The notes under the pieces are model-generated. The model saw nothing but the letters and a program-made list of their open reading frames with translations, did no database searches and was not told the DNA's origin. Source: Octopus sinensis (Eukaryota). Taken from it: a stretch of DNA of 64,000 nucleotides. Shown here in pieces: positions 11,755 through 24,800 of this stretch. Numbering within the stretch: the first letter of the stretch is position 1; every line of letters begins with the position of its first letter. The stretch covers positions 146,444,001 to 146,508,000 of the forward strand of contig NC_042998.1 of the NCBI RefSeq assembly GCF_006345805.1. Direction: 5' to 3'. A program made the translations under genes and the position numbers.

Positions 11755-13269
11755 CTAGCAAACGCTCCCGTCCTTTGGAAGGTTTAAGTTGCTTCGTGAT
11801 ATTTTTTCACCAAATAATTGAACTACAGAGAAGGTTTATATGTAGCACAGCAATCTGTTTCCGATTAACCTAGGAATGGAAAATCAAATTGAAGGCTAGT
11901 TATTGTGAAGGTCATTGCACTTTTAATGATTGTAGAACATATAAGTTTGCAAGCCATGTAAAGTAGAGCTACCGAAGTGTTTTGGAAGTGGATTACAGAT
12001 AATGACTACAAAATATAGTTGTTTTACATGAAAGTGAAATTTCTTGTCAGAAACAGCCACATAAATGGTGTAAGGAAGTTGAAGGAAAATGTTGAAACTT
12101 CCCCACTGTGAGTTTATTTTTTTCGGAGAGAAAAGCTAACAAACTAACAACGAATGCTGCATAAAGTTAAATTGGTATGGAGCTTCCTGAAAGATACGTA
12201 TAGCTTTCGCTAGTGGAAGCAAAGCTCTTATTTAAAGGTTGATTCTTTGGGATGAACCATATGTGAGTGTTTAAAAAAGGCTAGAATGACAATGTTAAAA
12301 CGTATTTGAAACAATGGACAGCAGTCGAAATATCATAATGGATGGGTAAAGAAGCATCCTTAAAGTGAAACAATGGTATCAAAGGTAAAAATAGATATCA
12401 ACAAACAGAAGAGAGGGAAGGGGACATCACCTTTCAAGTAACTCAGAATAGGTAAGGTAAGCTTGTCAAAGGTTAATGCAGTTTCAATATGTAGATTAAG
12501 ATAGTTTGGTATTGGATATTCATCATGTATACGTAGTTTTCCTAGTCAATTGAATCACTGTTGTATGTGGACAGCAGAAATAAATAGACAAAATCCTTTC
12601 ACTTTTATAAAAAGATTAGTCACCGGCAGCTTACATGAGGTTGCTAGCGCTTTAGCTTGATAAGTTTATGTAGCCGTGAAAAAAATTGATAATGCTTTTG
12701 CAGCAAAGTTGCAGCTCACAGCGATGACGTCATTTGAAGCATTATGTGCCAGGAAAAATTCAACATTTTTGTTTAATTTTCAAACTTTTTCAACCTTAAA
12801 AGCAAAATTTCGCGTCAACTAAAAATGTGCATTATAGCCCTTCTCAAGGGCTACATGCAGATGTAATTTTTTTCCTGGAAAGGCTTACAATGTGATAAGA
12901 AAAAATTTTTAAGAAAATGAGGGCAAAAAGCACTCGTTCTTTCACAATGAAAAATCTTTGCTTAGTAGTCTGAATTTTGCAACAAAATGCATGATTATAA
13001 AGCACAACAGCCCAAAGTGCATGCTGTTGGGCGTTAGATGCCAATCGCGCCAATCTGGAGGGGCTTAGAGCCCCCTTGAATGGATAAAAAATCACTCTTC
13101 TCACCATAGGAACCGCATCTTTCCAGATGGCGAGTTTTAACCTACTCAACTCTCTGCCTTATCACGCCTTCTATGCCTGTGTCAATTTTCAGCTCAATCC
13201 GACCACTGCTCTGGCCGCCAACCTCTGACGTAGCAAAATGTGCACACAATTTTGACTCAAAGCCTCTTT

Positions 13270-13282
<13 letters not shown>
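11755..13282 (-). mobile_element. Non-autonomous Helitron-like element
   Basis: The plus strand begins A|CTAG with a degenerate subterminal hairpin (CCCGTCCTTTGGAAGG). The other end reads TTTTATATATAT, like the element at 59800-61351; the exact 5' TC is obscured by microsatellite. Confidence 0.55.
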
Positions 13283-13605
<323 letters not shown>

Positions 13606-13985
13606 TATGTAGCTGGCATTGCACGGGTCTTAATAAATTACCATTCAACTGCGGAAAGTTGAGCCTTACACTTGAGAAAATTTTTTGAGCTCTACCTTGG
13701 CTACTGCGTTCGTGCAATGCTCTTCTGATTTCAACACCTTACTCCTCAGCCCAGCGCAGATCAGAACCATATGAAGTAAAGTTGGAGAAATTGTGGGTCT
13801 TGGTTGGCGGCAGGTTCAAGCGGTCCCATTCTATGGTATACCTGGCCAGTGCCAGATGTTCACTGTTAGTGTCGGTTTTGAGGTCATGTGGGGTCACAAT
13901 GTGTGTGCACACAATGGTGGAAATTAATTGTTTATGCATCAGAGAAGGAATGGGGTTAGTTTTCTGACAAAAACAAATCAGGAGC

Positions 13986-14230
13986 TACCTGAACAAAGAC
14001 ATGAGTGCCAGTTACATAACACTGGCATTGGCTATGACTGCAATTTCACTTGGCTTGACGATCTTCTGAAGCATAACATGTCATCAAAGATCTCTATCAA
14101 TTGTCATTGTCTCCGTAAAGTCCAACATTTGAATGTCATCTTGTACCATGTCTTCCTGGGTCTACCTCTTGCACAGGTTTCCTCCACAGTTAGAGATCAG
14201 CACTTCTTCACACAGCTGTCCTCGTCCATG
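13986..14230 (-). mobile_element. 3' fragment of the RTE-like LINE family
   Basis: The reverse complement matches the GAGGACAGCTGTGTGAAGAAGTG..GGTAGACCCAGGAAGAC segment of the 9505-11337 element. Confidence 0.65.
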
Positions 14231-14266
14231 TGTGTGTGTGTATACACACACACACACATATATATA

Positions 14267-14374
14267 AACTGTTACTCAGAGTTTCATGTTCCTGCTTATC
14301 AGATAGTTCTGATGAAAAAATTTTCATCACAGTTGTCTGATGAACAGAGGAAAGTGAAACTCTGAATCACAGTT
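14267..14374. ncRNA. Palindrome with two divergent hammerhead-like cores (Penelope terminal remnant)
   Basis: Plus core: CTGATGA 14337-14343, GAAA 14356-14359, CTCTGAATC|ACAGT. Minus core: CTGATAA..GAAACTCTGAGTA|ACAGT. The centre is GATGAAAAAATTTTCATC. Confidence 0.6.
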
Positions 14375-14484
14375 TTTGTGATAATTTTGCAGCTTTAATA
14401 AAAGCATATTACTTTACTTTTGATATTTGACTACTATTTTTCCCACTATGTTTTCCACTTATGTGCTTACCTGATGTATACATA

Positions 14485-14730
14485 CAGTGCCATGAATTAT
14501 TGTTGTCTAAATTACGCAAAAAGGAAAATAACACTGACATCTCATTTTAACAGATATATTTACCAAAATTGCATAAAAATATCTTGAAATAGTAATGAGT
14601 AAATTTATTCAATAAAATCACCATTGGCTTCATCCACGGCCTGCAGACGACTTCGGAATCTTCTGCATTTCTTCAGGACGTTCTCCTTGTTTAATTTGGT
14701 GGAAGGTATAAAAAACAACATTCAGGAATA
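14485..14730 (-). mobile_element. Terminal fragment of a Tc1/mariner (DD37D-like) element
   Basis: Starts at TA|CAG; the sequence closely resembles the left end of the 30587-31420 element. Confidence 0.65.
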
Positions 14731-14997
14731 ATAATAATTTAGTAGCTGGACTTGTGAAAAATTCACGGAAAATATAAAAAATGTAAGCATCTGTAAATTG
14801 TGCTGGTGCCATGAGAAATATTTCTATATTGTGACAGTTACAGAATATAGAAAGATGTGTAAAACTGATAACTATATAATCCAACCAAAATATCTCAGTT
14901 ACACAAACGTAAACAGAATTACTATTTAGCCATAAAATACATTGTTCATATTCAAAGAACCTTTTTGGTTTAGTGGTATGGAACGTTCTTCTGGTAT

Positions 14998-15222
14998 TCT
15001 TTTATTTGTTTCAGTCATTTGATGGTAGCCATGCTGGAGTGCCACCCTTTAGTCAAAGAAATCGACCCCTGCGCCTTATTCTCTGTAAGCCTGTTGCTTA
15101 TTCTAGTTGTCTCTTCTGTCGAACAACTAAGTTACAGGGATGCAAACACACCAACATCGGTTGTCAAACAATAGTGGTAGGGGACAAACACAGACATAAA
15201 CACACACACATAAAAATATAAT

Positions 15223-15315
<93 letters not shown>

Positions 15316-15388
15316 CGAGCTTCTTTCAGTTTCCATCTACCACATTCACTGACGAGGCTTTGGTCGGCCCGAGGCTATAGTAGAAGAC
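14998..15388 (-). mobile_element. SINE copy (5'-truncated, decayed)
   Basis: Collinear with 11338-11660. Confidence 0.8.
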
Positions 15389-15885
15389 ACTCTTTAAAGT
15401 ATAGAGTTGAATTTCATGCAGCTATGTGTTGGCAACTCCCCCCCCCCATTTTGTAGGGGGGGGGTGCCCAATTTTCTGGGCTCTTTTCACAGCTATACCC
15501 TATTTGAAATTTCCTCAAGTTTTTGTATGAAATATAAAAAAAAGGGAGGGGTGCTTGTTTGTAGTTTGTCGAGAAAACGTTAAACATGCCTGAAATAAAA
15601 ATATGTTCTTTCCCCACCAACTAAAAGACACGATGAACTCTGAAAGAAGGTGAATAAGTACCAGGAGTGGGGGAAAGAAGAGAGAACTAACAGTTGATTG
15701 TTCTGGAACTTCCAGAATAAAAACTTAAACACCTGAAAGACTTTCCCTCTATTCTTTACTAAATTTCTTTCCCTCTTCTCCATTGTTGAAAGTAAAGAAG
15801 TTAGAAAATATTGATTGTTTTTCAGTCTAATTGCCATTGTAAATGACTGAGGCTTTCCTTGGAAATAAAAATCCAGATTGAGGAA

Positions 15886-15973
15886 GCGGAACAGGTAAAA
15901 TCATCCAGGCTACATATGTTTTCTAGCTAACTGGCTAAGAAACATATGTAGCCTGGATTTTACTGTTCCACGC
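15886..15973. other. Stable ~88-nt hairpin
   Basis: Perfect 19-bp stem ATCCAGGCTACATATGTTT (15903-15921) / AAACATATGTAGCCTGGAT (15940-15958), with an extended lower stem GGAACAG..GTAAAA / TTTTAC..TGTTCC. Confidence 0.85.
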
Positions 15974-16527
15974 CTTCAGTTTGGATATATATGTGTGTGT
16001 GTGTGTGACGAGCTTCCACACAGTTTCCATCTACCAAATTCACTCACAAGACAACAATCAGCATGGAGCTTCAGTAGAAGACTCTTGCCCAAGATGTTGT
16101 GCAGTGGAACTGAACTTGAGACCATGTGGTTGGCAAACAAGCCTCTTAATGACACTGCCATGTTTGTCCTAGTGTGTGTGTGTGTGTGTCTAAAAAATAC
16201 AGATTTGGTGTAACATTTTAATGTTTGACTGTTCCTTTCTCTCAGTTTTCTATCTCAATTCCCTGTACTTTTTCCTTATTTACATACTGGGTGCTTTTTT
16301 TTCCTACTACAAGTCTTACTTGTCAACACTCACCTGTGTTGTTTGTTCTCTCCTATATTGCTTTTCTTTGTTCTCAACAACCTTACTAAAGACTACCTGC
16401 TTCAACTCCTACCTTCTTATTTGTGCAAGGTAGAAATACAGCTGACCTTGTTTTCTTTTTCATTCTTTTCACCATAGCTCTTGGTTTGTATTACTAACTT
16501 TAGTCATACAATACTCCTCACCACACC

Positions 16528-16566
<39 letters not shown>

Positions 16567-16869
16567 TATAGATCTTACATTTCATCATCAGTTACCTTTA
16601 TAGAAGGTGTAGACAGTACTTGTTTGCATGATGACTGTCTCAGGTTTAAATAAAAGTGTTTTTATTTTTTGAGATATACTTGTTAAATTTGGGTCAGTTT
16701 CTGTTCTATATTTAAGAGATGGGGAATTATGTACATTATTTACATTATTTACAATTGACAGATATTTGTCCGTCAATTGTAACATAAGTGTTATGTTGTT
16801 AACGTAAGTGTTAACAACAAACAAGATGAGGACAAATATCCGTCAGTTGTAAATAATTTAAATAATTGG

Positions 16870-17990
16870 GTCAGTTTGTCATGACATGTTCTGTTGATTT
16901 CACTTGATGAACCCACCTTTGGCCTTGATGACAGCCTCTAGGCAACTTCAGAACCATCTACAGGCTTCCATCACTCTCTCCTGTTTTAGATCTCTGAAGG
17001 CCCTGGTAATCCTGGGCCTCAGCTCGTCCCTTGTGTTGCAGCTGGATTTGTTGATCTCTCATTCCACCGTACCCCACACAAAGAAGTTGAGGAGGCTGCA
17101 GTCAGGCAAGTTCAGAGCCAAATGTCAGGTGCTGTGTGATCGAAGAAATTCTCTGACAGTCAGGCCTGGGTTTTTCCTTCTGGTGAGACAGGGTGCAGAG
17201 TCTTGATGCCACATATATGGCCTTCCTGCAGCTACCTTGTTGATCCAGGGCTTCACCTCTTTGCTCAGAATAAGGATGTAATTGTCATGTTTAGCATAAG
17301 ACTCTCAGAGAAGAAGTAGAGTGGCATGATATAACCTTCACTGCTGACGACACTGAAGACCATGATTGTCACTGGAAATTTTGTCTGCATGACTCTGGGC
17401 ACATCCTTGGGTGAGACAGTGAGCCATCTGTTGTTCTGGGAGTTGATCTTCTGGTCTTGACAGAAATTCATTTTGAAGGAGAACTGTAGCATGTCTGGCT
17501 CCAAAATGTGTTTCAACTTGTTAATCAGCTTCTTGGCATGCTTGAGTTGCTTTTCCTGCATTGCCTTGGACAGAAATTTTCCCTTCCACATCTTGTATGA
17601 AATGTAATGAATATCTCCATGCACCACTAACTTGATGAGCTTTTTATCCACAGCTTTCTCCCATACAATGGCATGCATCGACTTGCTGGGGTCATTGTTG
17701 ATTTGAATTTCTGTGACAAATTCTGGTATTCTGATGGCATTAAATCATGGGTTTTCTTCTCTTGTTGCCTTGTAGTTGAATCCAGAAATCTACCAGCTCC
17801 TTTCTGACCTTTTCTACCATTCTTATGCTGATATTGAGGAAGTCTGAAATCTCTTTGTTTGTCCTTCCAGCATGATTCCAAGGAGAGCTCCATGCCTCTT
17901 CCATAAATTGGGTAGGAGTGGGGTCTCAGAATTTTCCATTGTCAATATTCTGTCAAAGAATAAATCAAAAATGGTTATTGTTTTTAAAAT
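16870..17990 (-). pseudogene. Decayed Tc1/mariner transposase (DD37D/maT-like)
   Basis: FCQDQKINSQNNRWL and VMQTKFPVTIMVFSVVSSEG.IMP motifs; frameshifted; boundaries approximate. Confidence 0.8.
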
Positions 17991-18439
17991 GAAAAAGACT
18001 GACACTCATCATCATCATCATCATTTAATGTCTATTATCCATGCTGGCATAGGTTGAACAGTTTTATTTTGCGTAGTTTCTATGGCTGGATGCCCTTCTT
18101 AACGCCAACCATTCTGTAAGCATAATGGGTGCTTTTACATGTCACTGGCATGGGTGCTAGTTGCATGACACCAGTATCTTCCACAACTACAATTGCACTT
18201 GGTTTGATGGGTCTTCTACTCAAGCATGGCATATTGTCAAAGGCCTCAGTCATTTGTCATTGCCTCTGTGAGACCCAATGAAAGTAAAAAAAGTATTTGT
18301 AAAAATTAGCAGTTGAAAATTGCAAATGAATAGTCTGCATCCTCTGTGTGTGTGTATGTATGAGTGTGCATTGTGTGTGTGCATGTGCGTTTGTGTGTGT
18401 GTACATATGCACACACCTTTGGTGTTGACTCTGTGTGTT

Positions 18440-18888
18440 CCGTAAATCCTCGAGTATAGTCCGCCCTTAAGTATAATACGCAGAGGATTTTTAGGGCGCT
18501 GTACTTCTGAAAAACCTAGCCGAACAAACACTTCCGCGCATGCGTAATACAATAATGGTTATATGGGAATGTAAATATATTTGCAAATTGTTTTTGTTAC
18601 ATGTTATTCTGTGTTCTGAATATTTTTATTTTAATAAATGTTGCTTACTGCAAGTTATGGATGATTCTTTTATGACGTCATTGCTTTCAGGCTTAGCTTA
18701 AGGTATTTTCGTGCCTGACATCACAAAATCACAAAATGCATTTGAATAAACATTGCCGGACAGCAAATAGTGACTCGGACATTGCTTAAAAAATAATTTT
18801 CATTTTTAACCTCTTATATAGTACGCACTAGGGATTTTGACCTTTAAATTTTGGGGAAAAAATGTGGAGTATACTCGAGGATTTACGG
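18440..18888. mobile_element. pogo/Tigger-type MITE
   Basis: 19-bp TIR CCGTAAATCCTCGAGTATA / TATACTCGAGGATTTACGG; right flank TA, left flank TT (mutated). Confidence 0.85.
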
Positions 18889-20565
18889 TATATGTACATG
18901 TTCAAATATGTAACATAAGACTGATTTCTTTTAGGTCTATATATTTTTTGTGTATTTATTGATTTTATTTCATAAAAATAAGTTTCATGACAAGAATCAG
19001 AAACAGTCAGATATGTACTTTATAAAATCATAGTTTGCATCAAAAAACATACAAACACCAGCGATGTCATATTCATACTCCTCCACCCAGTTTCCACAAG
19101 ACTTGCTTCTGGGTTCTCTCTCTCGGCTGTCAAACTATGATTTTCAAAAAAGTTTTTTTCTTGCCCTAAGATTCATAAGGTTGGTTACCTTATTTCTATG
19201 GTGTAGAAGTCACTGAGATCATAACATTCTCCTGAACACATCTGTCGCAGGGTTCAAGGCCAGTAATTTTGGCAGGAGGGGCAAGTCAATTATGTAAAAC
19301 CCCAATATTTTATTTCATTGATCCCCAAAGAAATGGGAAGCAAAGTTGACCTTGATGGAGTTTGAATACAAAGAGCCAGAAGAAAAGTCAAACAATGTAG
19401 AGACACTTTATAACACTCTCATTCTCAGAGAGCATGTATACCCTTTGTCCCCCTCTTCCCATCTCTTTCTCTCTTGTATTCATGCTTTCTCTCTATCTGT
19501 CATGTCCTTTTCCTTGTTTTCTCTCCTCACTTATTGCTAGCTACTTAACTCCATCTCTCACATCTTTCTAAAATAGCCATTGATATCAGGGTAACATTCT
19601 CTCTGTATATTTAAGGTATATTCTCTCCTCACCCTCTTTCTTTTTCTACTTCTCTCCATTTTCACTACCCCATATAGCTATAATATCTAACAGGAAAATA
19701 GATGTATTCCTCTTATAACCACTAAAAAAGATAGTTAAAAGAAAATTTAGAACACTGAGGAGAAGGAAAGAAAGGTATGTAAGTACAATACATCAAACAA
19801 CCACAAAAAGAATTAGTTATGAAGACAACTTATATTGTGGAGATATGGAAATGAGCAGTGTAACAGTAGAGAACCAGGGACAACGCAGTAAAAAGCAATA
19901 GTGGGAACATGTATACAGATACACAATTACACCAATACACATATAGTAATCCATATATATCCAGGTATGCACTTCAAAAATTCCAATTAAGCCTTGTTCT
20001 CTGAACCAGAACAACGGTCAACCCCCAAAATTTAACCTACAAAATTTCCAATTAAGTCTCAAGATGCTGCTTTACAATTAGAAGAGAGTAAGAGTATCCC
20101 TACCCATACATACAAGCACACGTCTTAATAACTTTGTAATGCAATCCTTACATCTTTAGAATTAATATCCAAAAACTTTTATTATCCTACCCATCTAGAT
20201 ACATTTAAAGTCTACCTATCCTTGTAAAAAATTGCAAACACTTTAACTTCACAGTCATGAACAGCTTATCCTTGAGCAAAACTCTGGAGTAGACTATCAA
20301 CTTATATAATGCACACATATATGCACACTCATATGTTTCTTGACTGTCACTACATTTCTCTTTCCCTCAATGTCTTGTGTGTGTGTGTGTGAGACAGAGA
20401 GAAAGAGAAAGAGATGGCAGTTCTTTCTGTCAGAAGATCATGAGGAAGAGCAGCTGCTTACATGTAGGGTTGGGACGCAACTACCAGTACTATCCAGTAC
20501 CTGTCATTTTGGCACTTCTCCATCACTGCAGGGCTTTTCTCCCTATTTGTACTTAGTAGTTTTAA

Positions 20566-20786
20566 CCCTTTAGTATTCAGAATATTTTGTGAAGTGTAAT
20601 GCTTATTTATTTATGTTGATTTAAATAACTCATGCATTATCTTGTAGCTTTGAGATTTTGATGATGTTATTGTTTATTTTTAGCATGGCATTGTAGGATT
20701 AATGTAAGAGGCTGGATCCAGTCAGTTTGAATGTAAAACAGGTAGAATATTTTGGGCCAGATATGGCCGGTTTAAAAGACAAAGGG
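20566..20786. mobile_element. piggyBac-like MITE
   Basis: TTAA|CCCTTT ... AAAGGG|TTAA termini. Confidence 0.75.
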
Positions 20787-21599
20787 TTAAAGGGGATGAG
20801 AGAGTGGATACTTTCATAAGAGTGTGAGGGGGAAATAAACAGGTGTAGGTAGAGTTTAATATGAGTGAGGAACTAAGGTGGGGGTACAGTTGAAAGGGAA
20901 ATACCAATATGGAGAGGGGTGAGATGGGAGATATAGGAGTGGCTTAAGAAGGGGAATAGATCAGAAAGAGGTGGGATTATGTGCAAATTGTAGGAGCAGT
21001 GGAGAAGGAGATATAGAGACATAAGGGGCTATAATAAACACGATATGATGATAGATATAGAATTTTATAGATTTTTGACAACTGTTCTTCTGCATGTAAC
21101 ATCATAGAGTATATGAATTAATCCTATTACAAGTTTACATATCTTTGTCTTGCTCTGAAAAAATTCTGTGGGTTTACATACAACCCACCCAGCAAGAGTA
21201 TGTAGGGTCAATGACCAAAGAGTAATAAGTGCAATCTAGTTACTCTTTATCTCCCGGTGTGTCTGTTGATTCAGAGTCTAATATTTATGTTGTTCCCTGT
21301 ATTTTCCTTTTTCTTACCTCTTTATTATCTTATCTTCTTTGTCTTTTTGTAAACCTAGTTATGTATACATATATAAGTACATATTTAATGTTCCTGCTTA
21401 GATAATTCTTTATAAGAATTATTGTTGTTTCAATATTTTAATCTATCAGTAAATCAATAAGGATTCAAGTATTTCTGTTATATAAATTGTTGAAGGTAAT
21501 AGATAAAAAATAAATAGCCATTAAATATTTAGCTTCCTAATCTAGATAATAATTATCTTGTCCATAAATTGTTAAACTTAATGCCAAACTAACATATTC

Positions 21600-21660
21600 T
21601 ATTCTCTGTCTTTCTTTTTAATTTCCATTGCAATTCTTTCTTTCCTTCTATTTATTGTAG
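21600..21660 (+). promoter_or_regulatory. Splice acceptor of the large coding exon
   Basis: A long polypyrimidine tract ends TTGTAG at 21660, about 170 nt before the first in-frame ATG. Confidence 0.65.
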
Positions 21661-21829
21661 TATCTTCTTGTTGGAAGTTGACCATGTGCGTATTAGAAGA
21701 AATGAAGCCAACCTTTTGAGATGGACATAATTTTTATATATCATCTTTAGTAAACAACAATGGAAATCGGTTTAAGCATTGGAATATGAACTGAATTTTA
21801 AGGAAGGAGAATCTGGAAAATTGTTAAAA

Positions 21830-24800
21830 ATGTCACAAAAGCGAAAACATTCGCGTTTGGATTGTATGATTCCCAGTAAAGTACAAAAAATGGCATCACG
21901 TAAAATCATTTCTAAACCAAGTTTGGAAGATATAATTCCACATAAAGTAAGAAAAAAAGCTTCATTTAAAACAATTACTAAAATTGTTTCAGAAAAACAA
22001 GGTTGTAATCTATGGATTAATAATCAAATTGATTTGCGTAAAATATATTTAACAAATTTCCTTTGTGAGTTATTTGCTATGAGAGATAATGTAAGTGATT
22101 CAGAGTTTCACAAGAAAGCTCTGGTGAAGATAAAATCAGTTATAAGGGGAATTACCTCATGGAATTATACAAGTCTGCCAAAAACCATTTGCTACTTAAA
22201 GAAATTGAGCAAAATCCATCATGGTTCAAACCCACCATTTCAAATGTTACATCACAAAGTAAAATTTCGACCACTTCAAAAAATTACAACTCATTTTGTG
22301 AATTTCAACCTTCTTTCTGAACAGTTATCATTTATTAATATAACAAAGATTTTGATGCTTTATGATGTTGCTGTCATTTATGACTCCTACAGCTTGTCTA
22401 TAAATTACATTAATCAAGATGGACTTTGTGAAACTTACTATTTTAACTCTCCCATCACAGATATGACACAAGTGGGAGAGCATACTGTTATGGGAAGTCT
22501 TCCTTTCAGGAATAAAATCATCTTAATTCATCCTTTCAGTCTGGAATTGATAACTCTTGACCATGGTTTTTATAAACTTTCCTATGTAGAAGGAACAAAA
22601 TTTGTTGGTGTGAAGTTGTTTTCTAAAACCATTTACCTTGTGGACTGGATTCAAAGAGATATACACGCTTTATTTAACATTAATCACTTCATTTCATCAA
22701 TTGCTGTTGGACCTCGAAAACTTATTCTGGTGGCTTTCAGTATCATTCCTTGTGTTACCTGTTATAATCTCCAGGGCAGAAAATTATTCCAGTTTGATGT
22801 TCCATTCAATGATAAACTGATAGAAATTGTAGCCAACCAAAAATATTTCTATTTCTTTGAAAACAATAATATTTTCAAGGTTTCAGAATTTGGTGGCATT
22901 TCTAAGAGAATAGTTGAAAGAACTCCTCAAAAGATTTATCTTCACCAAAACAATCTTGTTTTATTCAGTAATTTTAAATATCAAATTATCACCCCTAATT
23001 CTGGCCACGACAAACCTATTTTTCTCATAATCAAAGTCCAAGGTATCTCACCAGTCTAGATATTGAAAATGCACGTGATATAAGGGCTGTAATACCAATA
23101 TCAAGACATTGTTTTATAATTATTTATTTAGAAAATTTCATAAAGTTACTCATTCTTCGTGATGAAAAGAAAATTATTGAACATTCGTTAACCCTGGAAT
23201 CACCTTTGATTGATGTCTCTCGATGGGCTGAGGACAAGATCATTGTTTCATTTGGCAGGAAATTCCAAAAGATCTCCTGGGACAATTATAATCTTGTTGC
23301 AACAAATATACAAGCGACTGCAAGTGAAATTTACATCCAAATTAGTCATATTATATCTGACAAATTTGTATGTTTAGTAGATGGACATAAAGCTCAACTA
23401 CATATCATATGTGTGACAGAAAGTAAAATTGAACCTATTGAGTTTATAAATTTGGAGCATGGAAATGTCTCCATTGCAGCCTCCCCACTCAATTTAATGG
23501 TAGTGGACAAAATGGATGAAAAACTTGTGGTTTTTTCTACTGATGGAGAACAATTATTTCAAATACAGCTTCCTGTGATTGAACAGCCAAGGAAAGTGTA
23601 TTCAGACATCCTTTATTTTTATATAATTTCTAACAACAACTCAATTAAGATATATAATATATTTGGACAGCTAAAGAGAGAGTGGAAAATTCCACGTCAT
23701 TTTCTGCCAGTAATTGGTGTTCAGAAAGGGACAGTTACCATTGTGGACCCAATAAACAGTATACTTCATTGCTATAAATTTCTTTGTGGTGATGGGTATC
23801 AAGTTCCAGTGAAGACTCTTAAAGATACCACAAGCACTGATATAATTTATGATGACCAAAATCAAATCAAAGCTATTATTGGTTCTGTATGTCTTGTGCC
23901 CAATGGTCAGTTAGCTATTGCTGAGTGGGGAGAAAATAAATTGTTACTATGTTGCAAGAAAGGAAATATTAACCATCAGCTTAGCGTACCATCTCCAATT
24001 ACTGATATCTGTCGATGGGATTGCAACAATTTAGGATTAACATTACCTCTTGAAAAACAACTCTGGATTTTTGATTATGTTTCAAATTATATTAGAGTAA
24101 GATCTTTTGAACAGCCATATGTTCTTATACATAAGTTAGACAATGACAGGGCTATTTGCTACTGTGACAAATCTAAGTGTCTAGATATAGTTACAATAAA
24201 ACTCACTAGTCAACAACCAACCAGACGTTTAGCTATATGTCCCAGTTATATCAGATCTTTACATTTGTGGCACAACAATATTCTGGCACTTACCAAAAGT
24301 CAATTGTTGAAATACAACACTTCTTTTTGTGGTTCTCCTACTATTTTGTATCCCAAATTTGGTTCTGGAAGATGTCTGTATGATGTATGTTCTGACAAAA
24401 CAGCCATATATTTAATTGATGACTCACAAATGCTTTCATTCAATGAAGAAACATTAATGGTTTGTGATTATGTGTCTTGCCAGCAGCTTAAATCTTTCAT
24501 TGATCAACTTGATATCTTCTCCTGTACAGCAGTTGTTACTGATACATTATCATCTGTAGTACATCGTCATGATATATCAATGACATTAAATAAACATGTC
24601 TATCAAGTACCACATACCTATAAAGACACAAAGAGGATCATTATTTCAGCTCTGTTAATTACAGATAACAATTTAATAGTAATCTGTGATAAAAACAACT
24701 GCAGCATAAAGATATTAACTTTTAAGGGTGAACTAATTGATACGTTGGATTTGAACTCATCACCTACAGGGATTTGTCGTTGTTTATCCAATAGTTTTGC

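Noticed and set aside
15389-15840. Poly-C/poly-G hairpin and homopolymer-rich stretch
   Set aside because: There is no ORF or recognisable termini; it may be decayed repeat or low-accuracy sequence.
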